A stretch of 64,000 nt of DNA from Minisyncoccota bacterium (lineage in GTDB: Bacteria; Patescibacteriota; Minisyncoccia; Minisyncoccales; JAQTVQ01), in NCBI GenBank assembly GCA_028706715.1, contig JAQTVQ010000002.1, positions 3,510-67,509 on the forward strand. The letters run 5' to 3'. The position numbers were made by a program, and so were the translations under genes. Under the pieces are notes generated by a model, which searched no databases, was not told the origin of the DNA, and worked only from the letters and a program-made list of their open reading frames with translations. Shown one piece after another: positions 36,165 through 45,612 of this stretch (positions are counted from its first letter, which is position 1; each line of letters starts with the position of its first letter).

Positions 36165-36177
36165 TTTTTACAAAACA

Positions 36178-37947
36178 ATGAACTTTTTTAAAAAAAACCA
36201 ACCGGAAAAACTCTTTGAAGCGGAGCATATGGACGCCAAAGATATAATCGCCCCCGCTTCCATAGAAATAAAACAAAACTCAATCAAGCTCGGCGAAAAA
36301 TTGGCCAAGACTTATTTTGTTTTTTCTTACCCGAGATATCTTACCACCGGATGGCTTTCTCCCATTATTAACTTGGACATACCTTTAGATATTTCTTTCT
36401 TCTTTCATCCCATGGAAACGGCGGACACTTTAAAAAAATTGAGACGAAAAGTTACCGAAATCCAAGTGGAAATAATCAGAAACGAAGAAAAGGGAAGAGT
36501 AAGAGACCCTTCTTTGGAAACAGCCTATAATGATTTGGAAAACTTGCGCGACAGTCTTCAGACCGCGCAAGAAAAAATGTTTAAATTCGGACTCTATATT
36601 ACCGTCTATGCCGACAGCGACTCCCAGCTTAACGATATTGAAACAACATTAAGATCTGTTTTAGAGTCGCGTCTAATATATTTGAAACCCGCCCTTTACC
36701 AGCAGAAAGAAGGCTTTCTTTCCGTTTCGCCTTACGCTATGGACAAGTTACAAGTCCATACAAGCATCAACACAGGGCCGCTATCTTCCGTTTTTCCTTT
36801 TGTTTCTTTTGACCTTAGCTCCAATGAAGGAATCTTATACGGGATGAACAAACACAACAGTTCTTTGGTCCTTTTTGACCGTTTTACTTTGGAGAACGCC
36901 AATATGGTAATTTTCGCCAAGTCCGGCTCCGGAAAATCTTATGCGGTCAAGCTTGAGATTTTAAGATCTCTAATGATGGGAGTGGAAGGCATTATTGTTG
37001 ATCCGGAAAACGAATATGAAATGCTGGCCGATGCCGTCGGAGGATCATTCTTCAAAATCTCTTTAAGCTCGGACAGCCACATCAACCCTTTTGATCTTCC
37101 CGTTCCCAGGGAAGATGAAGATCCCGAAGACGTTTTAAGGTCAAATATCATCAATTTGGTGGGATTGGTCAGGCTGATGCTTGGAGGATTAAATCCTGAA
37201 GAAGACGCAATCATTGATCGCGCCTTGGCCGAAACTTATGCCGCCAAAGATATCACTCCCGACTCCGATCCAAGCACATGGAAGGAAAAAACTCCCATTA
37301 TGTCGGATTTGGAATCGGTTTTGGAAACCATGGAAGGGGCAGATTCTCTTGTCCAAAGAATAAGAAAGTTCACTCAAGGAACTTTTGCCTCTTTTTTCAA
37401 CCAGCAATCAAACATTTCCATGGACAAATCTTTGGTCGTTTTCGGCATCAGAGACATGGAAGACGAATTAAGGCCGATGGCAATGTTTATTATTATGCGA
37501 TACATTTGGAATGAAATCAGGGCGGAGCTGAAAAAAAGGCTGCTGGTAATAGACGAAGCATGGTGGCTGATGCAGTCCGAAGACGGAGCTTCTTTTCTGT
37601 ACGGGATAGCAAAACGCGCGCGCAAATATTGGCTGGGAGTAACAACCATTACGCAGGACGTCTCCGATTTTATGAAATCTTCCTACGGCAAACCGATTAT
37701 TACCAACTCTTCTCTCCAAATACTCCTTAAGCAAAGCCCTGCCACCGTTGATATCCTGCAGCAAACATTCAACCTTACGGATCAAGAAAAATTCCTGCTT
37801 TTGGAGACGCCGGTGGGAGAGGGAATCTTTTTTGCCGGAATGAAGCATGTTTCCATTAAAATAGTCGCTTCTTATACTGAAGATCAAATCATCACTTCCA
37901 GTCCCGAACAGATATTAAAGATAAAAGAGGCTAAAAACAATCTTTAG
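36178..37947 (+). CDS. VirB4/TrbE/CagE-family T4SS ATPase (central and C-terminal ATPase part)
   Basis: Walker A VIFAKSGSGKSYAV, Walker B LLVIDEAWWL, and the family-typical region ...FVFSYPRYLTTGWLSPI. Confidence 0.75.
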   Translation: MNFFKKNQPEKLFEAEHMDAKDIIAPASIEIKQNSIKLGEKLAKTYFVFSYPRYLTTGWLSPIINLDIPLDISFFFHPMETADTLKKLRRKVTEIQVEIIRNEEKGRVRDPSLETAYNDLENLRDSLQTAQEKMFKFGLYITVYADSDSQLNDIETTLRSVLESRLIYLKPALYQQKEGFLSVSPYAMDKLQVHTSINTGPLSSVFPFVSFDLSSNEGILYGMNKHNSSLVLFDRFTLENANMVIFAKSGSGKSYAVKLEILRSLMMGVEGIIVDPENEYEMLADAVGGSFFKISLSSDSHINPFDLPVPREDEDPEDVLRSNIINLVGLVRLMLGGLNPEEDAIIDRALAETYAAKDITPDSDPSTWKEKTPIMSDLESVLETMEGADSLVQRIRKFTQGTFASFFNQQSNISMDKSLVVFGIRDMEDELRPMAMFIIMRYIWNEIRAELKKRLLVIDEAWWLMQSEDGASFLYGIAKRARKYWLGVTTITQDVSDFMKSSYGKPIITNSSLQILLKQSPATVDILQQTFNLTDQEKFLLLETPVGEGIFFAGMKHVSIKIVASYTEDQIITSSPEQILKIKEAKNNL

Positions 37948-37960
37948 TTTTTATTAAAAA

Positions 37961-38371
37961 ATGGCAGAAGAAATTAAAACAGAAGCGGAAGAAGGAAGCA
38001 AAGGAAATTTTCTAGCTTTTACGACTCCCGAAGGAATGGTAATGATGACTTCCGCGGTGATGGTGGATGTTTCGGGATTCTTTGGGTTTCCTTGGCTTTT
38101 TATTCCGGATCTATTTTTCGGATTTTGGCTGATGATGAGAGGAAGCGTAAAGTCTGCAGAGAATGGGCAAGAGCCAGTAAAAAAGCAAGAGAGAGGACAA
38201 GAGAAAAATAAAAAGCCTTCCGCTCCGCCGAAAGCGGGGAAAAGAGCAAAAAAAGTCAGACGGATTAAGTGGCTTAGGGTAGTTGTTTTTATCGGAGAGC
38301 TGATTCCCGTTATTAACATTTTGCCTCTTTGGATCATCCTTGTTTTTTCAGAATTGTTTTATAACAGCTAA
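37961..38371 (+). CDS. Small membrane protein with a basic linker
   Basis: Two hydrophobic segments separated by a K/R/E-rich stretch. Confidence 0.3.
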   Translation: MAEEIKTEAEEGSKGNFLAFTTPEGMVMMTSAVMVDVSGFFGFPWLFIPDLFFGFWLMMRGSVKSAENGQEPVKKQERGQEKNKKPSAPPKAGKRAKKVRRIKWLRVVVFIGELIPVINILPLWIILVFSELFYNS

Positions 38372-38374
38372 AAA

Positions 38375-40033
38375 ATGAAAAGAATCAAAAAATCTTTAAA
38401 GGTTTTCTTTATCTCCTGCTTTTTTGCCGGCTTTTTATTTTTTTATGTCGCCAACGCCAACGACCTTGAAATATCTTATCCTCCCATGCCGCAAGTGGAA
38501 GCTCCGACAACGACCGAAAGCAGCTTGGAAAATTATATAAAATATTTTTTTAATTTCGCCTTCTCTGCGGCAGGACTCGTCTTGCTTGCCGCTCTTATCC
38601 AAGGAGGCCTTTCTTATCTTTCTTCGGCTGGGAACGCCGCCAAAACAAAACTGGCAAAAGAAAGGATCGTCTCCGGATTTTTGGGAGTAGCCGTTATTCT
38701 TTGTTCTTGGCTCCTTTTGTATGCGCTAAACCCGCGAATAGCCTTTTTTTCTTTTGATAAAGCCCCTGTTTCCGTTTCAATTACAGTGCCTCCGGAAGAA
38801 AAAACGGACAGCAAAAGAACTTTCTTGCAAATACCTCTCGGCGTTTTAGTTGAAAAAGCTTTAACGGGCAACGAAGCCCAAATTAAACTTGACAGCGTAA
38901 AAGGACAAAATGAAGAACTGAAAGAAAAAGCAAAAAAGCTCAAAGAGCTGAATGAAGAACTGAAAGACCTCGCTCTTTCTTGCGACTGCGGCAATTCCAC
39001 CTGCGGAAGCACAGCCGATAACTGCAAAGGAAGCGGATATGGATGCCAAATTAGCTGCGACCAAAACGCGATTAACGCAAAGATAGATGAAATAAATGTA
39101 TTTATAGAAAATCTCAAATCCTTCCAAAAAGATTACTTTGTCTCTACCAGGTGGGATTTTGATGACGGCAGAAACGAATTAAAAATAGCCGCTTCTCTCT
39201 TAACGGGCGCCTGCGACTCTCCCGTAATGACTCAAAACGATATGATGGAAGCCTCTGCGATGATAGGCCGGGACGGCCTTGAGATTAAAACTTTGAGCGG
39301 ATGGCCAAGCAATAAAATCGTCTTTGACGGAAAGACAATAGACGATCCCATTACCTTCTACTGCGAGCATCCGGATATTGACAGCGCGCTGGGGTCAACC
39401 GCTTTTGAAGACATACTTGAAATAGTCGCCATAGAAGATTATCCGGACATCGCAAGCGATCAAGCTCCGGGAAACGCCGCTCCTCCCGCAGGGAGCCAAG
39501 ATTACAGAATAAGAGACAACCAAAATAATTATCCTTATCTAAGCCAAGGAGATTCCAAAACACAATGCATTAGGTGGGTAGGATGCGGACCGACTTCTTT
39601 GGCTACCGTAATAAGATACTTCGATCCTTCAGCAACGACAACGGCAGAAAGCTTGGCAAGAGAGTTTGAATCACAGGGAAGCTTCTATTATTGTTCCTGT
39701 CTAAGTAAATCATGCTCGGGAGGAATAACCTCCGCGGCTTCCGCCTCCAGCTATGTCAGCTCAAAATACAACATCCAGTATGAAAGGCTGGCAAGAGATC
39801 CGCAAACCGTAAAAAACGAGATATTAAAAAATCGGCCGGTATTAATCGCCAGCTGCGTTTTTGGCCCTTACGCCAAATATGGAGGACATCTTTTGGTAAT
39901 TAATGGAGTAAATTATACCGGAGAGACGATAAATTATTTTTACGTTATGGATCCGTGCCACTATAACTACACCACCATCAGCTTGAAAGACCTTAGCAAG
40001 TGCGGAGCTTATATTTACAGTTTTTCTAAATAA
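38375..40033 (+). CDS. Secreted/membrane protein: T4SS-pilin-like N-terminal domain fused to a C-terminal C39-like (papain-fold) cysteine peptidase domain
   Basis: The N-terminal module (signal peptide, then SYPPMP..., TM helix, SSAGNAAKTKLAKERIVSGFLGVAVILCSWLLLYALNP) is paralogous to the N-domain of 40893..42254. The C-terminus carries the C39 catalytic signatures CGPTSLATVIRYF ... NRPVLIAS ... GGHLLVINGV...YFYVMDP. Confidence 0.5.
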   Translation: MKRIKKSLKVFFISCFFAGFLFFYVANANDLEISYPPMPQVEAPTTTESSLENYIKYFFNFAFSAAGLVLLAALIQGGLSYLSSAGNAAKTKLAKERIVSGFLGVAVILCSWLLLYALNPRIAFFSFDKAPVSVSITVPPEEKTDSKRTFLQIPLGVLVEKALTGNEAQIKLDSVKGQNEELKEKAKKLKELNEELKDLALSCDCGNSTCGSTADNCKGSGYGCQISCDQNAINAKIDEINVFIENLKSFQKDYFVSTRWDFDDGRNELKIAASLLTGACDSPVMTQNDMMEASAMIGRDGLEIKTLSGWPSNKIVFDGKTIDDPITFYCEHPDIDSALGSTAFEDILEIVAIEDYPDIASDQAPGNAAPPAGSQDYRIRDNQNNYPYLSQGDSKTQCIRWVGCGPTSLATVIRYFDPSATTTAESLAREFESQGSFYYCSCLSKSCSGGITSAASASSYVSSKYNIQYERLARDPQTVKNEILKNRPVLIASCVFGPYAKYGGHLLVINGVNYTGETINYFYVMDPCHYNYTTISLKDLSKCGAYIYSFSK

Positions 40034-40036
40034 AAT

Positions 40037-40870
40037 ATGAAAAGAGCAACAAAAATATTTTTTATTTTCGCAACGATCTCCGTTTTTTCTTTAACCGCTA
40101 ATCTTTTTTTGCACAAAGCAAAAGCGGAAGAGAACACAAGTAGCGAGCCTCTTTCCTGCAACCAGGAAATACCGATAGGGGAGATAATAGAAGAGACGGT
40201 CGGCTTTATGGGAGGAGTAAGAAGCGACGCAATAGGCCTGCAATCTTTGTTAAAACAAGAGATTTCGGCTTCCCAAGAATTAATCTTGTCTGTGCAGTCT
40301 TGCGACATCGGCAATTGCTCTCCCTCGTGCGATCTCAAAAGTTATTCCGTATCAGACGGACAAGGAGGAGCGCAAGTTTTCTCTTACTGTGAAGCCAATA
40401 ACTGCAACGGACAAATTTGCCCTGAAAGCAAAATATCCTCCGATTTTGCCAAAGTAAAATCTATTTATGAAGAAATTGAACAAGCCCAAGAATCGGCAGA
40501 AAAAGCTATTACAAAAAAAGATTTTTCTTTTTCAATAAAGCCCTATGTCAACCCTCTTCTTCCTTTTCCCGTAGGACTTTATCCAGAAATAACGAATAAG
40601 ACAAAATCTGAAGCAATCCAAGCAAAGCTTGACGCATCTAGAGGCCTTTTTGACTCCTGCTTCTCAACCCCCCAAGAATGGCAAGAAGTTCTAGAAGGGA
40701 AAAAAATCGGCAAGGTTCTTCTTTCTTGCAGAGAGAGTCTTGATTTTGCAAAAGACGACTTGAGCCAAGAATGCAAAGACTCCTGCCTAAACGATCCTAA
40801 AGGAGAAAAATGTACCGAATGCTTGGGATGCAAAAGCGCCGGCAATTTTTTCTGCTGCACTACAAAATAA
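40037..40870 (+). CDS. Secreted Cys-rich protein of unknown function
   Basis: Signal peptide and ~20 cysteines including CCTTK at the C-terminus. Same operon as the pilin-like genes. Confidence 0.35.
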   Translation: MKRATKIFFIFATISVFSLTANLFLHKAKAEENTSSEPLSCNQEIPIGEIIEETVGFMGGVRSDAIGLQSLLKQEISASQELILSVQSCDIGNCSPSCDLKSYSVSDGQGGAQVFSYCEANNCNGQICPESKISSDFAKVKSIYEEIEQAQESAEKAITKKDFSFSIKPYVNPLLPFPVGLYPEITNKTKSEAIQAKLDASRGLFDSCFSTPQEWQEVLEGKKIGKVLLSCRESLDFAKDDLSQECKDSCLNDPKGEKCTECLGCKSAGNFFCCTTK

Positions 40871-40892
40871 GAAATTAAGAAATAAACGATAT

Positions 40893-42254
40893 ATGAAAAA
40901 AATAAAACAACCGTCGGCCGTATTAACATTTTTGGTTTTGATGGGGCTGTCCTCGGCCGGAATCTGCTCCGCGGCGCTTGAATTGGCGTATCCTCCTTTG
41001 GGAAGCATCCAGCTTCCTGCCAACCCGTCTTTGGTGGAATATCTAAGGTATATCTTCGCTTTTACGGTGTTGGTATCCGGCATTATCGCTTTTGGGATGA
41101 CTGTTTCCAGCGGTATCAAGTGGCTGACTTCCGCCGGGAACGTAAGCAAAACATCAGCGGCAAAAGAAGAAATGTTTTCTTCTTTTTTGGGTATTGTTAT
41201 CGTCCTTTGCTCTTGGCTGGTTCTAAACACAATAAACCCGCAGTTGACCGCTTTCAATATTTCTCCCATACAAAAAGAAGGAGTTACCGTGACTCTGGCC
41301 AATGCCAATCCAAACGACAACCTAAGAACATACGCATCTTCTGTCAGCAAGCTAGAAGAAATCAGCCATATTGATTTTGATAAAACAAAAATAGACGTTT
41401 ACTTTTATCCCGAAGAAAACTGGAAAGAAACAAGCTCTAAAAAGACCAAGGCGTTGCCGGGAGACGTAAAAGACAGCCCAAAATCAATGGAAATAGTATG
41501 GAAAACCCCGGGAGTTCAGCTTTGTTACGTCCAAGACGGAAAAGACATTTGCGATTCCTATAACTACAACACTCCCGGCTTCGGAGAAAACGACAACAAA
41601 TACACAAAAATAAAAATTATTGATGAAAGAGGCCAAGGTGGAGATGTTGTTGTAAAATATATAGCTATCGTCTTTGAAGAAGACAATTATAAGGTGGGAG
41701 GACTGGAAATATACAAGTCGCCGGACTCTTCCGGCCAATCAGGCTCCGCATGGCCCCCGCCGCAACAACAGCAAAGCACCGCATATACCAGTCCTTTGCA
41801 GTATCCGACGACACAGCAGGGTTTTAGCAGCGCCGCGACACTAGATCTGACAGCCTATGAAGAGGACATAGACAACGGATGGGCTTCTTCAATAAAAATA
41901 TATACTTATAAGCCCAATGGAGACAATAATGGAAGAGTTGACTTGTATTCCGCCATAGAGTTCGGAGGAGAAAGCTGGGGGACAGACAGCGAAGCAACGG
42001 TAAACTTGCAGTCCGTTAATTCTTCTTTAAGCCAAAACGTTTGGTCCGTCAGTATCTCGGGGAACAGAGTTGTTGTTTTTTGCGAAAATGAAAACTGCGG
42101 AGACACAAAAAATAACAAGTGCCAAATTATTGAAGCTACCGACGCCAACTTAAATGACCAATGGATAGGGAGGTGCCAATCTCATTGGTATAACATTTGG
42201 CAAAAAAACGAACCGTGTATGAAATGCGCGGACATTAGAATCTTCAACAAATAA
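40893..42254 (+). CDS. Secreted/membrane protein: T4SS-pilin-like N-terminal domain plus a large Cys-containing ectodomain
   Basis: LAYPPLGS..., TM helix, TSAGNVSKTSAAKEEMFSSFLGIVIVLCSWLVLNTINP is paralogous to 38375..40033. A Gln-rich linker (PPPQQQQS) follows. Confidence 0.45.
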   Translation: MKKIKQPSAVLTFLVLMGLSSAGICSAALELAYPPLGSIQLPANPSLVEYLRYIFAFTVLVSGIIAFGMTVSSGIKWLTSAGNVSKTSAAKEEMFSSFLGIVIVLCSWLVLNTINPQLTAFNISPIQKEGVTVTLANANPNDNLRTYASSVSKLEEISHIDFDKTKIDVYFYPEENWKETSSKKTKALPGDVKDSPKSMEIVWKTPGVQLCYVQDGKDICDSYNYNTPGFGENDNKYTKIKIIDERGQGGDVVVKYIAIVFEEDNYKVGGLEIYKSPDSSGQSGSAWPPPQQQQSTAYTSPLQYPTTQQGFSSAATLDLTAYEEDIDNGWASSIKIYTYKPNGDNNGRVDLYSAIEFGGESWGTDSEATVNLQSVNSSLSQNVWSVSISGNRVVVFCENENCGDTKNNKCQIIEATDANLNDQWIGRCQSHWYNIWQKNEPCMKCADIRIFNK

Positions 42255-42261
42255 GAAAAAC

Positions 42262-42292
42262 AAAAACGGACCTTTTAAGGTCCGTTTTTTTA
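42262..42292. terminator. Bidirectional intrinsic terminator between the pilin-like operon (+) and jag (-)
   Basis: ACGGACC-TTTTAA-GGTCCGT hairpin, flanked by an A-run upstream and a T-run downstream. Confidence 0.7.
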
Positions 42293-42306
42293 TTCTAGCT
42301 AAAAAA

Positions 42307-42750
42307 TTATAAAGGCCTTATGACTACTCTTCTTTCCGGGTTTTCTCCGATGCTTTCCGTTCTAACATCGGCGCGGTTGGCTAGCTCCAAATGGATTATC
42401 CTACGGTCAAAAGCCGAAAAGGAAGGAAGCATTTTCTCTCTTCCGGAAGATGCGACTTCATCGGCAAAGCTCCTGGCCAGTTCCTTTAAATAGTCTGTCT
42501 TTCTTTTTTTATAATCTTCTATATCCAGCTCCAAAAAAATTTCTTCTTCCGCTGTTTTTTTAATAATTTTTGACAAAAGGTGCTGGAGATCCGCCAAAGT
42601 TTGGCCGTTTTGCCCTATTAAAAGCCTTGCTTCTTCTGACTTCAAATTTACACACAAAACATTTTCTTTAAAAGAGGTTTCTGTTCCTACGGGACATCCC
42701 ATCTTGTCAAAAAAAGTTTTTATTATTTCTTCAAAGATTTTAATATCCAT
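42307..42750 (-). CDS. jag: Jag/KhpB-like R3H RNA-binding protein
   Basis: KH-like plus R3H motif (LSFAFDRRIIHLELANRADV-type: SFSAFDRRIIHLELANRADV). Confidence 0.8.
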   Translation of the reverse strand: MDIKIFEEIIKTFFDKMGCPVGTETSFKENVLCVNLKSEEARLLIGQNGQTLADLQHLLSKIIKKTAEEEIFLELDIEDYKKRKTDYLKELARSFADEVASSGREKMLPSFSAFDRRIIHLELANRADVRTESIGENPERRVVIRPL

Positions 42751-42752
42751 TT

Positions 42753-43475
42753 TTAAGCAGTTTTTTTATTAAAAACAAGATAATTTTGACCGATGGAAAA
42801 AACAGTGTTTATCAGCCAATACAGCCCCAAGCCGGAAGGAAGGGCCGCTAAAATCATTATAGTCATAATTGGAAAGAAATAAAGAGAGTATTTCTGCATC
42901 ATAAAAGAAAATTGCGCCGCTTGATCTTCGGCTCCCGGCTTTGCAGCCCCTGAAGGCATAGCGGTTTTTGTTTGGAAGTATTGAGCGGCTCCCACGACCA
43001 AAGCAAGAAGAATATTGGATTTGGAAAGATCTATCCCTAAAAACATTTGATGAATATCTTGCGGCCTTGGAATGAAAGAATATAAAAGGTCCAAGTGAGT
43101 CTGTCCCACTCCCGATTGAAAGATCTGGTAAAGGGCGATAAAAATAGGAAGCTGGATTAAAAGAGGCAAAAATCCGGAGAAAGGGTTAAACTTTTTTTCT
43201 TTATAAAGCCTCATCATCTCCTCCGCTTGCTTTTGCTTGTCTTCTTTGTATTTCTTTTGTATTTCTTTAATCTTCGGCTGAAGCTCATTCATTATTTTTT
43301 GAGACTTTAGAGCTTGCTGAGTAGGGGAGAAAAGAACTATCTTAAGAAACAATGTAGTTAAAATTATAGCCAAACCAAGACTTTGGCCCGGAAAAAAAAC
43401 ATAGAAAGAGACTATAAGGTTTACCAGGGGCTGATAGAAAAAAAGATGGAAAAAAGTACCGACAAACTCAAACAT
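42753..43475 (-). CDS. yidC: Membrane protein insertase YidC (short form)
   Basis: LGLAIILTTLFLKIVLFPL-type TM1 and a conserved C-terminal region. Positioned between jag and rnpA. Confidence 0.85.
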   Translation of the reverse strand: MFEFVGTFFHLFFYQPLVNLIVSFYVFFPGQSLGLAIILTTLFLKIVLFSPTQQALKSQKIMNELQPKIKEIQKKYKEDKQKQAEEMMRLYKEKKFNPFSGFLPLLIQLPIFIALYQIFQSGVGQTHLDLLYSFIPRPQDIHQMFLGIDLSKSNILLALVVGAAQYFQTKTAMPSGAAKPGAEDQAAQFSFMMQKYSLYFFPIMTIMILAALPSGLGLYWLINTVFSIGQNYLVFNKKTA

Positions 43476-43478
43476 AAA

Positions 43479-43823
43479 TTATTTCTCTAAAAATTTGATT
43501 TTTTTAAGACTGTTTTCAACAATAAGAGATTTTTCTTCGTAGCTTTTGTCTTTTATCTCCGGCCAAGCCATAAAGACTAAATCGTATCCTTTTCTAGCTC
43601 TGTCTATATTCCTCCAAATAATTTCTCTTATTTGACGTTTTATTTTATTCCTGTCCACCGCCCTCTTTGCCGTTTTCTTGCTTACTATTATTCCAAAACG
43701 GCTCCATGGCAAGCCGTTTTCAACGGCTTTTAAAAAAAGGGTTTTTTGTTTAAACCCTTTTCCTTTCTTCAAGACTTTTTCAAAATCCTTCTTTTTGGTT
43801 AGCCTGTTCTCTTTCGGCAACAT
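43479..43823 (-). CDS. rnpA: RNase P protein component
   Basis: LPKENRLTKKKDFEKVLKKGK...KRAVDRNKIKRQIRE. Confidence 0.8.
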   Translation of the reverse strand: MLPKENRLTKKKDFEKVLKKGKGFKQKTLFLKAVENGLPWSRFGIIVSKKTAKRAVDRNKIKRQIREIIWRNIDRARKGYDLVFMAWPEIKDKSYEEKSLIVENSLKKIKFLEK

Positions 43824-43875
43824 ATTAATTCCTAATAATTGGCTAAAATAAAAAACCGCCCAAACCCAAAGATAT

Positions 43876-44010
43876 TTAGACGGTTAGCTTCCATCGGCCT
43901 TTTTGCCTTCTTCTTGCTAGTGTTCTTTTGCCTGCCTTGGTAGATTTTCTAGCTAAAAAGCCGTGAGTTCTTGCTCTCTTTTTCTTTTTTGGACTGTAAG
44001 TTTGGCTCAT
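43876..44010 (-). CDS. rpmH: 50S ribosomal protein L34
   Basis: [44 protein letters not shown] (44 aa). The ORF track extends the frame upstream, but the L34 start is the internal Met. Confidence 0.85.
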   Translation of the reverse strand: MSQTYSPKKKKRARTHGFLARKSTKAGKRTLARRRQKGRWKLTV

Positions 44011-44247
44011 GCATTTAAATATATCAAAAAATCCTTTTTTGTCAATCAAAATCGGCTTGGGAAGCTGCCAACAGCTTGTCCACAATTATTACACAGAAAA
44101 ATTAAAAACCTTGAAAAAGATACGGTTCTTTACTTATCCACAGGTTATACTCTATAATAATTTCAGACAAGAAGACTCAATTGTTTTAAACAAAAAAGCC
44201 ATAACTCTAAAATTAGAAGACAATATCATTTTAAGAATAGAGAACAT
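44011..44247. promoter_or_regulatory. rpmH-dnaA intergenic region with DnaA boxes (likely dnaA promoter/autoregulation and oriC-proximal region)
   Basis: TTGTCCACA at 44076..44084 (one mismatch) and a perfect TTATCCACA at 44134..44142. Confidence 0.55.
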
Positions 44248-45612
44248 ATGACACATCAAGAACTTTGGCAGACGGTACTGGCTCAAATCCAGTTAAACAT
44301 TTCTCCCGCTAACTTCGCTACATGGTTTACAAACACTAAAATTGTCTGCCAAGAAGAAGGAACCGTTACAGTGTCTGTCCCGAATTCTTTTGCAAAAGAA
44401 TGGCTAGAGCAAAAATACAACAAAGAAATACTAAAGATATTAAGAACTTTAGATTTATCAATTAAGGAAATCATTTATCAAATAGAGCTGCCTGCAACAA
44501 AAATAAAAGAAAACTCCAGGCGCGCTGAGACTCAAGAACTCCCCGCCGAACAGCTTGGCTTTGCCGAACTGGAAACAGACAAGGAGACAAACCTTAATTC
44601 AAAATACAGCTTCCAAAACTACATAATCGGACCGTTTAACGAGCTGGCTTATGCCGCGGCGGAAGCCATCATCAAAGAGCCCGGAAAAGCCTACAACCCT
44701 CTTTTTATTTATGGGGGAGTTGGGCTGGGAAAAACCCACCTTCTCCAGGCCGTCGGAAACGAACTGTCTAAGGGTTCTTCTCCTTACAAGGTAAAATATA
44801 TCCCTTCCGACAAATTGATTTCCGTCATTGTAAACTCTATTCGCAACAACAGTATTGAAAGCTTAAAATCAGATCTTAGAAAAGTAGACGTGTTAATCGT
44901 TGACGATGTCCAGTTTTTTGCCGGAAAAGAAAAAACACAGGAAGAGTTTTTTCATACTTTTAACGATCTTTACCAAAAAGGGAAACAAATTATCCTTTCT
45001 TCCGATCGTCCGCCAAAAGCCATTCCCGCCATAACAGAAAGACTAAAGTCGCGATTTGAAGGAGGAATGGTGGCAGATGTAAGTCTTCCGGACTACGAAA
45101 CAAGGCTGGCTATTTTAAAGCAAAAAACATTGGAAAAGAACACTGAAGTTCCTCCAAAGGTTTTAGAATATATAGCCGCAAACATCCAAAAAAATGTCAG
45201 AGAAATAGAAAGCGCTTTAAACCGGCTTTTGATTTTTCAAAAAATAAACAATAAAGTTCCCAGCTTTGAAGAGGCAAAAAAACTCTTAAGAACCATTATT
45301 GTTTCTCCTTCAAAATTCACCAATCCCACTCGCATAATACAAGCGATAAGCGAATTTTACGACCTTGAAGATAAAAGCTTGTTTTGTTCCTCTCGCAAAA
45401 AAGAATTTGTTAAGCCTCGCCAATTGGCAATGTATTTACTAAGAAAAGAGTTAAGTTTTTCTTTTCCCGCCATAGGCAGAAAATTCGGAGGGAAGGATCA
45501 CACAACCGTAATGCATGCCTGCCAGTTGATTAATCGAGAGATACAAGAGAGTGAAAGATTTTCCCAGGAGGTGGATTTGATTTTGCAAAAAATATACATT
45601 ATGGATGCTTAA
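44248..45612 (+). CDS. dnaA: Chromosomal replication initiator DnaA
   Basis: MTHQELWQTVLAQIQ...NPLFIYGGVGLGKTHLLQA...C-terminal DNA-binding domain. 454 aa. Confidence 0.95.
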   Translation: MTHQELWQTVLAQIQLNISPANFATWFTNTKIVCQEEGTVTVSVPNSFAKEWLEQKYNKEILKILRTLDLSIKEIIYQIELPATKIKENSRRAETQELPAEQLGFAELETDKETNLNSKYSFQNYIIGPFNELAYAAAEAIIKEPGKAYNPLFIYGGVGLGKTHLLQAVGNELSKGSSPYKVKYIPSDKLISVIVNSIRNNSIESLKSDLRKVDVLIVDDVQFFAGKEKTQEEFFHTFNDLYQKGKQIILSSDRPPKAIPAITERLKSRFEGGMVADVSLPDYETRLAILKQKTLEKNTEVPPKVLEYIAANIQKNVREIESALNRLLIFQKINNKVPSFEEAKKLLRTIIVSPSKFTNPTRIIQAISEFYDLEDKSLFCSSRKKEFVKPRQLAMYLLRKELSFSFPAIGRKFGGKDHTTVMHACQLINREIQESERFSQEVDLILQKIYIMDA

